Below, in pieces: positions 51,956 through 64,000 of a DNA stretch of 64,000 nt. Each line of letters opens with the position of its first letter. The stretch's first letter is position 1. The notes under the pieces were generated by a model. It was not told the DNA's origin. It ran no database searches and worked only from the letters and a program-made list of their open reading frames with translations. Source of the DNA: Psammoneis japonica. Taxonomy: Eukaryota. Where the stretch lies: positions 173,516 through 237,515 of the forward strand of contig QPGO01000071.1 in NCBI GenBank assembly GCA_008632985.1. Direction: 5' to 3'. Made by a program: the position numbers and the translations under genes.

Positions 51956-52246
51956 GTTGGTTCAGTGTATGAGGGTGGGATTATGGGTTAATAAGTGTGG
52001 ATGAGCAATCAGCCGCCGTCATTGTGAAGTTCACTGCGAGCAAAAATCGCCAAAGCCGGGTAGTATGTAGCATCGGCGCCCAAAAGCAATAGCACAAACA
52101 TATCTTTTTGGCCTGTCCGTACTTCAACATGCCATCAGCAAACACTTCACAGACTTCACAGACATCAACCGCCATGACAATGGAGGATCGCGAGGAATAC
52201 CTCTGAAAAACAGTAACAGCACTTCCCCTTTGCGAATATATCAACC

Positions 52247-53107
52247 ATGAAGCATCTGGGCAAACGCTTGACTTTGAATTTGCTTTTTTTCGCTTGCATC
52301 TATCGCGCTTCTCATGGATTTGTTCCTCCAACGCGATTGGCTCATCCGGTACTGCAGACATCCGCAGCAAAAACTACCACTCGGTCTCCTCCAACAGCAC
52401 TGGGATTGCATGGAATTGAGTTGAGCAACTTGTTCTATGATGATGTCTCAACCGCCTTTGATGCATGGGAGTGGACCGCCAATCTGGGTGCTCCTGCCGC
52501 TCTCGTGGCGGGTGCGGTGCTTGTCACGCTGAGTGAAACACGAGAGCAAATGTCTCCCCGCCGTACCGATAAGAATTGGGTACGAGTTGCCAAACAGCTT
52601 ACTCGATTTCTGTTATTGACATCCTTTGCCTTTGAAGTGATTTCCATCTTTGTGTCCACCATGACGGGGACGGTCTTGTTGAGCCACGGGCCAGCGACGA
52701 AAAAGGTTGGATACACGTCTCCCGTGGCCTTGTTGCATCATCATCACGAGTTTGAATTCTTGACGATTCAAATTGGATTTCTTCAGGGACTTTTGCATTG
52801 GTTGGGAGCCGTTGCGTTGGAAGTTATCATTCCAAAAGAAAAGGAGACACTGAGTGCGAGGCGAATGAACAGCTTTATGGCAAGCTGCCTACTGACTCTC
52901 ACTCTTTGGATACTTGCCTTTTACAATCATCACTTGAGTTTCTATTCGGATTATCTAGCAATGATTCAACGCTACATATGCTTGTTTGGAGCTCGATATT
53001 TTGGCAAGTTTCGTCCCATGAGTGTTCTATATGGCCCTTCGTCAATCATGACTTTTATTCTTGGATGGAGGGCTTTCAAATCAAGGCCTGATTTAGACGA
53101 AGATTGA
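52247..53107 (+). CDS. Hypothetical multi-pass membrane protein, probable plastid presequence
   Basis: 286-aa intact ORF with signal + GF motif and 4-5 hydrophobic helices. Confidence 0.75.
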   Translation: MKHLGKRLTLNLLFFACIYRASHGFVPPTRLAHPVLQTSAAKTTTRSPPTALGLHGIELSNLFYDDVSTAFDAWEWTANLGAPAALVAGAVLVTLSETREQMSPRRTDKNWVRVAKQLTRFLLLTSFAFEVISIFVSTMTGTVLLSHGPATKKVGYTSPVALLHHHHEFEFLTIQIGFLQGLLHWLGAVALEVIIPKEKETLSARRMNSFMASCLLTLTLWILAFYNHHLSFYSDYLAMIQRYICLFGARYFGKFRPMSVLYGPSSIMTFILGWRAFKSRPDLDED

Positions 53108-53998
53108 TGCCGGTGAGGCTACTAAAGGGGGGCTGTCGCAACTTACTTGCTAGCTTATAACAAAGTGATAGTCTCTTTCTGCGCTATGTTGGGTGCGACG
53201 TGTGTTATCTTGAGCTACAGAACAATTTTTTTAACGGATGCTACTAGAGAGTGACAATCACCAGCTAAAATCGTTGATGTCGCTTTCCTCACCGACAGTT
53301 CTCTCTTTCTGATCAGTACTCCTTTTAACTAGATTTAATAACGCCTCTAACCACACGAGCACTTTTAATAAACAGAATAGCACGCTCGTACGAGCCATTA
53401 TCTATCCCTCGTGGTTGGCGGCTTTCACTTGCTTCGAAAACAGTCCCGGCCTTTTCGCCGCATCGAAAGTAGCAAAACATAGCTAACGTCCAAGCACTCG
53501 TTCTTCAATATAGTTGCCTAATCCATGTACCTCGTCTGGGAGTTGGGTAGCTATCACTTGGAAGAGTGGTGCAAGTTCGAAAGTTGCAGAACGGCATGGG
53601 CTCCTCAAGAATTTGAAATTCAAAGGTCTGTTTGTTTGCGTGTCTGTGGCATGGGTTTATCCCTCCCGGTCATTTCGCAGAGGGACGGGCGGACTTCAAC
53701 GCACTCATGACGTCTCCGCTCCAGGGGCAATAGGAAAATACATCACCGCGACGAGCCGCGGGAAAGCGAGAAGCGAAGCAACTCACTCAGTCCTCATTGT
53801 TTGAACTCGAGCCCGAGCAACAATCGACTTTGCAAAAGTCCTCTAACCTTCGATTGGATCGTTTTGGGCAGTAGAGAGCGCTCAAGTACCTTAGAAGACG
53901 CTCATCCATTCTGTGCAAGCAATTTCAGTTAGATTCGATAGAATTTCGGCAACAGAAAAAGAGGCGTGATTTCTGAGAAAGAAACAACAACAGAAACC

Positions 53999-56900
53999 AT
54001 GGTGTCACCGTGGTACGATGATACCACGGATGAGTTGTGGTGCCCTTGTGACCAAAATGACACACTCGAAGCGAGAATGCTTCAGGAAGAAGGGTCAAGC
54101 AGCAGCGGAGAAACGTGGCAGATTGTCTACATGTGCTTTGTGTTGCTCTTTATGTTTGTCGCACTCATTTCCGATCGAATCGGTGCAGACATGGTCATGA
54201 TTACAGCGATTACACTCTGCATGACTCCCGGTATTATTTCCATTGAAGAAGGCCTCGAGGGCTTTGCCAATGAAGGACTGTTGACCGTGTTGGTACGTTG
54301 CTATTCAGGCGTTTGGGAGACTTGTTGTTGCTGGCGAGTGACGAGCTCAAAAATGTTCTTTGTTCTTTCAGGTTCTTTTTGTTGTAGCAGAAGGTATTTC
54401 TGCCACGGGAGCTTTGGACTGGTACATGGGAAAACTTTTGGGACGTCCGAAAACGGTTGCATCTGCGCAGCTGCGACTTATGGTCCCTATTGCGATTGTG
54501 TCTGCCTTTTTGAACAACACTCCGGTTGTGGCCGTGATGATTCCCATTGTGCAGCGATGGGGTAAGCACAATGGTATCAACCCACAGCAACTTCTGATAC
54601 CCCTGTCTTTTGCAAGTATTTTGGGTGGCACTTGTACCCTGATTGGTACATCGACCAACCTTGTTGTGGTGGGATTGTTGGACGCACGGTATCCGGATGA
54701 GAATTTGAACATTGGCTTGTTTGATTTGGGAGAATACGGTGTGCCGATAGCAATGGTGGGTATTGCGTATGTGCTGCTGGCATCACCATGGCTGTTGGCT
54801 GGAGCAAAGAAGAGCCGTGCTGGTGGAGGAGTTGACCCGCTCGAGGATGCAGAAGATGTGCTCTTGGGAGCTCGCTTGACAACATGGTCTCCCGCTGCTG
54901 GACGTTCCGTGAAGCGTTCTGGATTGCGTGAGACTGGTGGTATTTATCTTGTCAGTGTCTACCGTGCGGCAACGGGTAATGTGCATCGAGCCGTTGGACA
55001 AGACTTTGTTCTGAATGTGGGCGATGTCCTATACTTTACCGGTCTGATTGAAGGCTTTGGGGACTTTTGTGAAGAACATGGTTTGGAGGTTGTAACCAAT
55101 GAGATTGAAGAAGAAACTCTCTCGACGGGTGTAAACTCAATCAATGAGATGTTGGAAAATGGTGGTGATGACGTTGCAGAGAATGGAACTGCGACAACGT
55201 TGAACACGAAGGAAGAAGTTCCGGTTGCCGACGAACCCATTCCAACAGTTATCAAGAGTTCCATGTTGACAACCGTCGCAGAAGAGGCAGCATGCGATGA
55301 TATAGAGAAAGGCCGTGTAGAATGCGGGCTGACAAAAGAGTCTCTTCTTCAGTCTGACGCCGAGGAACGGCTGCGAGAGATAAATCGTATGACTGATATG
55401 ATCCGCGAGGGTACCTTGAAAGACGCCGAAGAAGTGGGTGGAATACACCCCAAGAAACACCACCGAAGGAAGCATCACGGAACCATGGCGGTAGGCTCTG
55501 CTCCACCTAAAATTGTCGTTACGCAGGAGACAAGGGGGGCGTTGCATCTAGTAGCGGTTGGAATCAACGCCAGGGATCGCCCCGGGTTGCTTCTGGATAT
55601 ATCCAAGGGCTTGCTACGTCTGGATCTGCAACTTCGTCACACGGAAGCAGCCGTCGTCGAAGAACGATCGGTGTCAATTTGGAGATGTGAAGCAATAGAG
55701 AGCAAACCTCACGATATCGAAGAGATTTGGTCGGTTCTTAGCGTACGTCTGTCGTTGTCGCCACTCTTTCTGATTTATTCTCTGATGACTACGATCCTGA
55801 CCTGATCCATTTCTATGATTTTTATTCCGAAGGCTTTGCTAGAAAGCGATAGTGGCGTCGAAGCAATCAAGAGGCGTGGATTGCGTGTCATAAGGTCAAT
55901 TGTGACAAAGTATTCTAGCCTACAGGGTAAGACTGCGGCCGAGGTTGATTTTCGTAATGCATACAAGGCAGCCATCGTGGCAGTGCAAAAAGGCGGAAAG
56001 AATTCAACGCAGCCATTATCGACTGTCAAGTTCGATGCCGGCGATATTCTCATTTTGCAGGCCAGCGACGATTCTCCACTCTTAACAAGACCACCCGAGG
56101 ACTTTTATAAGAACCTCGCTGAAGCTGAAAAGCCTCCGTCACGTTCGTCGTCTGTGGTGTCTCTTGTCAAAATGGTATCGAAACGCTTTGGCGCGGAGAA
56201 GGAGGACAAGAGTGTGGCATCAAGTCCAGACAGAAAAGGTCACTCAACTCCCGATTGGAGAACCCCAACTATCTCGCGCAACAACAGCATGGAGGAAGAT
56301 TTCTTCATTGCAGCCAATGAATCGGAAGACGAAGAAATTGATGAGCATGCGATAATCGATTTCGATGACATGGTATGTTAACATATCGCTTAGAAGTCGA
56401 TCGTGGGAGACGACTTTCTTCTGACTGAATTTCTTACTCTTCAAACTCCAGGTTCCGTTGGAAGAAGATGAAGGCCAGCGACATAGCGAAGAAATGGCGT
56501 CCGTTTGGAGAGACCTGGAAGTTTTGTTTGCGGACGATGACGGCTCCCCTCAGACAGCAACCACGAAAGAGTTCCTCACGGCTATGCAGGTCGCTCCCAA
56601 TTCCCAGCTGACAGGGAAAACTGTAGCACAACTCAACATCGACAAGCTTCCTGATGTTTTCTTAGTGAGCATTGAAAGATCCACCGAAGGCGTAGATGAA
56701 GAAGAGAAATCACATCGAAGGCATGTGGTTTCCTTTATATCTGACGCGATGTCAGGTGTGACCAACAGCATTGATGGCGGAAGTGTTCATGAATCAGTAC
56801 ATGATGCAGAACCGTCCTTCGTTACGATTGAGCCAGATGAACCATTGCAGGCTAATGATATCTTGTGGTTTTCTGGTTCTGCCTCGGCTATCGGAGATCT

Positions 56901-58250
56901 TCGGAAGATACCTGGACTCAAGTCATTCGAGAATTCAGAAGTGAAAAAGCTCGAAGACAAAATTCACGACCGCCGTCTGGTTCAGGCAGTTGTTGCTCGT
57001 CAAGGACCGCTTGTTGGTAAAACTGTCAGAGACGTCCGGTTTCGTACACGATATGGTGCAGCTGTAATTGCTGTACACCGTGAGGGAAGTCGCGTTCATG
57101 ACCATCCAGGAAAAGTCAAATTGCAGGCAGGTGACGTCCTTTTGCTTGAAGCAGGTCCTACCTTTGTCCAGAGAAGCAAAGAGAATGACAAATCCTTTGC
57201 CCTGCTGTCGGAAGTAGAAGACTCCACTCCACCTCGTCTCCGTTTGTTAGTGCCCGCTCTCGTCATTGCTCTTGCAATGCTTATTACTTTTACCGCTGGC
57301 GGTGCACCCCTACTTATTTGCGGTCTTATCGCAGCTATTCTCATGGTCATTCTGGGTATTCTCACACAGCAGGAGGCTCGGGATGCTGTGAATTGGGAAA
57401 TTTACTTGACAATTGCTTCCGCTTTTGGAATTGGTACGGCGCTTACCAACTCTGGAGTAGCCGGAGGTAAGTGCCTTTCGCAGCATTTATCAATATTGTA
57501 AGCCTTTTGCGGATTCTTCTCACCCAGCCTTTGTTTCAAATCAACATCTCAGGTATTGCGGACTTTCTCGTTGACATTGGCAATGCCATTGGGATGGGAG
57601 GTACGGTACAATAGCGTGCATAATGTCTGGGCGACGGTGGCGTCGAAACATTTTCTCACATCGTCCTTTCAACTTTTTTGACGTCAGGGGCTGGCTTGTT
57701 TGGCGCGGTCTACTTTGCTACCTTTCTTATCAGTAACGTCGTCACTAATAATGCAGCGGCTGCACTTGTATTCCCTATTGCTATGGATGCCGCCGAGCAA
57801 TCTGGAATAGACAGATTGCTCATGAGTTATTGTCTTATGCTTGGTGCGTCGGCAAGTTTCATGTCTCCATATGGCTACACAACAAACTTGCTTATTTATG
57901 GACCTGGTGGTTACAAGGCAAGTGTCAATCCTGAATAGACTCCGCTTTTCGGCGAGCTGGCTGAAGGCTATGTTCTTGTAACTGTTGTCTCACATGCATT
58001 CTGCAACGTGTTTGGACCTGCTCAGTACAAAGACTTCCTGATCTTTGGAACTCCAATGCAGATTGTCTTGTGGATTATCTCTGTTGCAATCCTTTCCATT
58101 CAGTCTTTCCCGTGGTATGCATCGTGGATTGTTACATTTTTAGCTCTCTTCTTTATTGCTGCTCGTCGAGTCACGGAAGGAGCAATCGCCAATTTAGTAT
58201 TCAAACGATGGAGGAAGGATAAAGAAGTTGCTGATGAGGAGCACAAATGA
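53999..58250 (+). CDS. SLC13/CitMHS-family (sodium:sulfate SLT-like) transporter with TrkA-C domains and an ACT-like insert, multi-exon
   Basis: GFANEGLLTV, SAFLNNTPVV, IPLSFASILGGTCTLIGTSTNLVV, TrkA-C repeats (FRTRYGAAVIAVHR), SNVVTNNAAAAL, SPYGYTTNL...GPGGY. GT-AG introns, e.g. 54293-54371. Confidence 0.92.
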
Positions 58251-58309
58251 TTTGATTTTCCGCAGGTCGTATCGTTTGTGATGTTGGTTCCATCCCGCCT
58301 TCATGCGGT

Positions 58310-58543
58310 TACAACGATTTGGTACGGGAGACGGGACCAGCTCCTCAGTCACGTATTGATTCATCTTAAATTTCAAACCTATAGATACTGTATATATATT
58401 CGTATGTGCGACGATCGATGGTCGAGCATAAGATGCAAAGTAACACACAAATCGAGGTAGACAGAGGCGGCTTGGCAACATAATGACGTCTACCATGTTG
58501 GTTTCACTCTTGTGTTGTCTGATTGTCAGAAACTTGGACGCTT
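58310..58543. repeat. Direct repeat copy 1 (copy 2 at 63457..63805): 3' end and 3' flank of a duplicated minus-strand gene
   Basis: TACAACGATTTGG...GGACCAGCTCCTCAGTCACG.ATTGATTCATCTTAAATT and AGAGGCGGCTTGGCAACATAATGACGTCTACCATGTTGGTTTCACTCTTGTGTTGTCTGATT are shared. The minus strand encodes SVQVSDNQTTQE* in both copies. Confidence 0.85.
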
Positions 58544-59050
58544 CTCCAGGAATAATTGATCTCTTGGACAGATGACTGGTCATCCGTGTTTTCCTGGTTT
58601 GAAGCCACATCCTGTGGCACTTGTCAACCTGTTGGAGCTCTGTTCTTGTGCCAGGCTTGAGGTGACATTGCCATGGGAACCTTTGTCAACACCCTGATGC
58701 AGGTGGTGCATGGTCCCTGGACCAATCTGCAGCTGTTGGCTTGGGGACTTCAAGGTTGGAAGCTTGGGGTTGCCCCCGCTCCTGCTCTGTGGGATGTTGC
58801 TTGGAAGAAGGATGCAGCTCAATCACCCATGGTCTTGAAGCAAACTGCAACAACTTAGAAAGACTGTGTTGGTGCCTTGGAAACACACTGCATCTGCTGC
58901 ATACTGCATGCACATGACATTGACTGCAGCCAGAGGCGTGCTGACCATGGTTGGGGGGGCGGCAACTCTGCAGCATTGTCCGCACCACAACTCAACCAAC
59001 TTTGTAGATGCTGATTGAAGTCAATGTCCTTGAAGACTTGGCAACTGCAG

Positions 59051-61240
59051 CTGTGGGTGGGGACGCCGTAGAAATCACGTGGGTGCCATTTTTTTAGTGA
59101 AATCAACCTCTGTGCCCAAATGGACCATGGCGGTCGTCGACGTCGTGACAAAAAAAAAGTGTCATCATCGCGACTCACAAGACTCAACGTGCGGTCACAA
59201 CGCGCAAGGCCGGGCTTCCAACTCCCGCCACAATGTTTGCCAAGCGACCACCAAGTCAACCTGCCGTTTCTCACCAAATCGCTTTTGCACCCTCAGAATC
59301 ACTGTTTCAGACAGCACCTTCGAAGCATTGCATCCGCCATCATCTTGTCAGGTGGAATGCTGCGAGGGGCTGTCTCGAACAACGATTTGGTTGAGACATT
59401 AAAAACAATGTCGACACTTGACCAACAAACATGCCGTTTCGCACCACACATCGCTTTCGCACCCTCAGGATCAACACAAAAAGATGCACATTTGATGCCA
59501 TCGTGTCCGCCGTCATCGAATTAGGCGAGGGGCTCCGAAGCACAATTTTTGGCGGCAGTTTCATCGAGCAATTTTGAAATGTCTGCGAATGACCTCACAT
59601 CTTGTCTGAACATCATGCCGTCATCCAAATGGCACCTTCACGAGAAACAGTTTTGTTGCATGCTGGAAACAAAGACCACAGAGACTCAATCTATCAGCAA
59701 ACAACTTGCCATCATGATGAAAGCTCTGAGAAAAGGATTTTTGGGCTCTTAGACTCTGAGACATTGAGAGCAATCGGTTCTGAGTTCACAACAAGCAACA
59801 AGTGTTCCAGCACTGCATTTTCGGCCATGTCAACAGGAAGAGCGCCACTGAGAGGCACATTGTGGAGAGCAATGGGTGGTTGGACATGGTTGGAGAAACA
59901 CGGTGCTGCAGCAGCAGTCATGGCATTTGATGAACAAGGACAAGCAGCAACCGAGGAGGACAAGGTTTGGACATGCAAGCGTGCAACATTCACGAAGTGG
60001 GCACAGACATTGTGTGTGATCCCAATGTGTTGACAATTGGCACCGGCATGGAGGAATGCACCAACTGTAAGTCAACTTTGTTGACGCAACAAAGACCATC
60101 AAGGAACGGTGTCCGTGCGCAAAGGTCATCGGCGGCAGTTCGAACCTTTCGTTTGGATTCCGAGGAGCAACGAAAATCCTCGAATCAATTCATGCCGTGT
60201 TCTTGAATCATGCAATCCTTGAGTCTGGAATGGATTTTGGTGTCATGAATGCGAAGGAAGTGCTTGCTGTCTTGATGAATTGGACGATGACACGAGGGTG
60301 CCATGCAAGAATCTTGCACTCAACAAGACAGAGGATGAGACAGACGAGATGCTAAAGCAAACAGCGCACAGAAGAGCACGCATTGATGCCAGAAAGAAGG
60401 GCTTGCCTCTGCCTTGGAAGCCCCATGGCAAACCTGCAAACAAGCCATGCCTTGCATTCTCTCATGACAAAGTCATCTCCAAACCTGCCATCGAACCGCC
60501 TCTGCTGATGCCAACGTCAGAAGCTGCAAAGAATCATGTCCTGAACAGACAAGCAGAAAGAACAAAATGGCAGAGCTCATTGTGCTTTGAAATGAGAACT
60601 TGGTTCCACCGCGAAATGGGCGTGCATTGGCACTCGGCGGATTTTTACACGGTGAAGTGTGGCAAAAGAGAGAAAGATGCCATTGATCGTTCTCTGCAAC
60701 TGGAGAGACAGCTGAAGTGGCAGATGCATTGTCGGAGACGTGATTGATTCCACATTTGATGTCGGTCACTTTTGGTGTCACAATGGCTGCAATGTCATTC
60801 CAAAACTGCAAACGAGACATCAAGGATTTTCAGTTGTGATTGCACGGTGAAGTGCGGCAAAAGCAACAAAAGCACCATTTCACGTTCTTTCCAACTGCGG
60901 AGTCAGGTGACTTGGTGGACATGTTGTTAGAGACGTGAGAGCCTCTGCTTTTGACACTGGCCAGCATTTGCATGACAAAAGTTGCAGTGTCATTCCAAAA
61001 CTACAAACGAGTGATGGTGGGATTTTCGAAAAATCAAAACATTTTCAGTCATGATTGCATGGCAAAGCACGGGAAAATGGCGGTCACTTCATCGATCTCG
61101 TCAACGACGAACACAATGCAAATGAAAAAGTTGCCCCCCATTTTAAGACCACTGCAACACCCTCCATGGACTGGGGCAGCTCTCGTTTTGATCCAAGAAA
61201 ATTCATCTCTACATGATTTCTACGGCATCCCCTCCCACAG
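59051..61240. mobile_element. 2.19-kb DNA transposon with 30-bp terminal inverted repeats and 3-bp (CAG) flanking duplication, probably non-autonomous or decayed
   Basis: Left end CTGTGGGTGGGGACGCCGTAGAAATCACGT (59051-59080) vs right end ACATGATTTCTACGGCATCCCCTCCCACAG (61211-61240), 27/30 inverted match. CAG on both sides. Confidence 0.8.
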
Positions 61241-61346
61241 CAGCATGCTCAAATGCAAAGGCTGTCAACACCTTGCAGGCCACGGGCATGTGCCTTCTTG
61301 TTCTGTGAAAGCCATGAAGAGTTTTTTGTGCCCTCTTTTTTGGCAA

Positions 61347-61765
61347 TGGGGATTTGTTCTTGAATGTGCCGATTGCCAATGATCAGCTTTGAAGCTCAAA
61401 TGCTGGTCAATGGCAGTTCTTCTGGCAAGGGTGACTCAATGCAAACCAACTTGGAGATGAGTCATTGCAACCTTGCAGAAGCTGGCACCGCAGGCTCTCA
61501 TTTGGAATGACGTTGGGCTCTGGAGCAAATCTCTTGAGCTGGGTCACTTCAATCAACAGTGAAGAGTTTTGTGGCTGCTTTCTCTTTGACAACAGGGGTT
61601 TGTTCTTGAGTGCACCGATTGCCAATGATCAGTTTTGAAATTCCAGTCAATGGCAGCTCCAGCAAGGGCAACTCAGTGCAAGCCAACTTGGAGATGGCTT
61701 GTTGCAACCTTGCAGAAGCTGACACCACAAGTTCTCATTTGGAGTGACGTTGGGCTCTGGAACAA
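61347..61765 (+). repeat. ~175-bp degenerate direct repeat (61347-61529 and 61595-61765)
   Basis: TTTGTTCTTGA...CCGATTGCCAATGATCAG...CCAACTTGGAGATG...TTGCAACCTTGCAGAAGCTG...TGACGTTGGGCTCTGGA shared. Confidence 0.85.
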
Positions 61766-62059
61766 AGATCTCATGGTCAACTTGTGACTGTGTTGATCCA
61801 TTGGATGCATGACAGCAGGGATGCCATGGCCAGCAAATCTGCGGTGCCCAACAGATGGTCTGCAGAAAAGTGAGTTAAAATGCAGGGTGCATTGTGCTGT
61901 GTGTGCTCTCAACCAGAGAGGGGCAAATGTCTCAATCTGTGATGCTGGTCATGACACGTGTCATGTCTGAGCCATGATCAGCCAATGCCCTCCAGATCTT
62001 TGTTTGTTGTTGCACTTTGACCCACCATGAGATCATGGACGGGTCATCTGACATCACCA

Positions 62060-63400
62060 CGCTCCACAGACACAGCTGTGTGACAACAACAACAGCTTAG
62101 AAGCATGTGCCATGCTGCTCTGCAGAGTGTCAGAACAAATTTCTCATGCAGAAAAAGTTCTTGAAGTGACCATTCATTGCTGGTGTTTCATGTCTCATTC
62201 TAACTTGCATGTTCCCACAGCTGTTGTTGATCAGTGCTTGCCATCATGCCTGGGCACTTGACATGCACTGGAGCCTTGCCCATGCAGCCATCATCTGCTT
62301 CAATGCATTCCCCTTCCTCCAGTTGATGGAGCAATCTGTCTTGGAGAAAGATCATCACATTCTCTGCAGAGAAATGGCCCTGAAATCCAAACAATGTTGG
62401 AAGTGCAAATGGCAGCTGCAGCTTCATGCCAGAGACCAGAATGCTTGAACATGAGCACAGAAGCATCCATCTTGTTCTCCAATCAGAAGCAACCTGTTTT
62501 TCACAACAAAGTCAGTGCCATCATCCACAGACACAAGGCAATCATTGCCGGTGTCATCTGTCTTGCAACTCTCCCAAATGATCTCATTTGAAGATGAGTT
62601 CAACAGAAAAGATTGGGTGAGAGCTTGCCAGCTCTTGTTGTCAAGCAAGAAACAACAAGCAGACAAACAAACATCACTGCCCTTCAGACAGGAGATCTCC
62701 TTGAAGATCCAGCAGATCCAAGATCTGTGGGTTGCCTCATCCACACCTTCAACACAGGAAGCAAGAAACAACAAGCAGACAAACAAACATCACCACCCCC
62801 TCCAGACAGGAGATCTCCTTGAAGAGCCAGCAGACCCAAGATCTGTGAGTTGCCTCATCCACACCTCCAACACAGGAAGCGCCCAAAAAAGCTCAGTGTT
62901 TCAGGCCCAGAGCCTCAGCTTCTGCCAACTGGCAATGATGACAGGCACCTTCTTCAAACTCTTCTTTTTGCAATGTGTTTTGAATGCAACATTTCAAATG
63001 TGACAGCAATGTCTGTCAGGGTGATGCAAACAAGCCAAGCCCTCCTGGCTTGAACTTTCAGCACAAACTTGCCCTCCAAAGAAGAAAGATGATCACCGGA
63101 AGGCGCAAGCACCAGCTCTCTTGCAGCATTTTCTGCTGTGAAGCAGCTGCAACTCTCACTTCCACACTGTTGCAACCAGGATGTGGACAAGTCTCCCATT
63201 CTGGAAAGACCAAATCTGGGGCAGTTGGGCTGGCATGCTGCCAGACCAGCCACAGAAGCAACTTCTTGGTGCAATCCAGAAATCAGCTTGCAACACAGGC
63301 TGTTTTTGATGTTTTGCGGGGATGCACCAAAACAATGACAGAGACAATGGGCACCCTGGCAGAGCATTGTGTGTTGTCGAGGAAAAACTCGTCCATGTCG
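62060..63400 (-). pseudogene. PIF/Harbinger-like (DDE_Tnp_4-type) transposase relic, with a 116-bp internal tandem duplication (62645-62760 / 62761-62878)
   Basis: Fragments across frames: FGASP, GVDEATHRSW, GNDCLVSVD(D)GTDF, FKHSGLWHE...IVWISGPF, GECIEADDGC, RHET..N.HFKNF...F*H...HGTCF*AVVVVTQL. Family assigned from recalled motif pattern. Confidence 0.75.
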
Positions 63401-63765
63401 AGGTGGCAATCTGCAGAGAAAAGGCCATCGGCGGAGAGAACTGGTGTTACTCACTGTACAACGATTTGGCACTGAGCACAGGACCAGCTCCTCAGTCACG
63501 GATTGATTCATCTTAAATTCGGAATCTTCATAGATGTATAAATGCGTATGTACAGATATTTGTGAATGAAAATTTGCTGCCAACACAAAAATCTGAAATA
63601 GGCTTCCTTAATCTTCTATTTTAAAAAATCATGCTCCACGCGTCATCGTCCATCGTCGCATCGTCCATCGTCCCCACACCCGATCGTCAAGATGACACGC
63701 AAAGTAACACAAATAGATGTAGATAGAGGCGGCTTGGCAACATAATGACGTCTACCATGTTGGTT

Positions 63766-64000
63766 TCACTCTTGTGTTGTCTGATTATCAGAAACTTGAA
63801 CGCTTTTGTGCTTCCTCTTCCTCGCTGTCCTGTGGCAAAATCAAACGATTTGTTGTTCCCTCGCTTTGCAGTTTCATCCTCACGAGGGGCGATTGATTGG
63901 CTAAAGAAGGAACCTGTGGAGTCCTTACTGCCCAAGGAGGATGCACTCGAGATTATTTCAGAACTCCTTTCCAACGATGAACTCATAAACGACAGCGAAG
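63766..64000 (-). CDS. 3' end of an unidentified gene continuing beyond the window (paralog of the decayed copy ending at 58504)
   Basis: Normal base composition. The two nucleotide differences between copies in the SVQVSDNQTTQE* frame are synonymous (GTC/GTT, GAC/GAT). Confidence 0.4.

Overview
Eukaryotic nuclear DNA, most likely from a diatom, judging by short GT-AG introns, bipartite plastid-type presequences and diatom-type copia and Harbinger-like relics. It contains the 3' end of a Ty1/copia retrotransposon (1-~1750) and three paralogous secreted proteins built as signal peptide + RxL site + Lys/Gly/Tyr-rich repeats + dirigent/allene-oxide-cyclase-like domain. It also contains separase and about a dozen housekeeping or hypothetical genes (PhyH-GT32 fusion, SpoU methyltransferase, LicD-EEP fusion, iminopeptidase, FAD oxidoreductase, 2OG-oxygenase-TPR, CLC channel, kinase, SLC13/TrkA-C transporter), plus a 235-nt gap. 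The most striking signal is compositional. Transposon-derived DNA (1-1447, ~7715-19220, ~58555-63445) is almost devoid of TpA, and in the older blocks of CpG too, with a matching excess of TpG/CpA. Conserved Tyr codons in the TE proteins are systematically converted to His or Cys. This points to a repeat-targeted TpA->TpG/CpA (A:T->G:C) hypermutation running opposite to fungal RIP. Host genes, including recently duplicated ones, are unaffected. Many host genes carry single-base frameshifts that are probably assembly errors, so gene coordinates are approximate.
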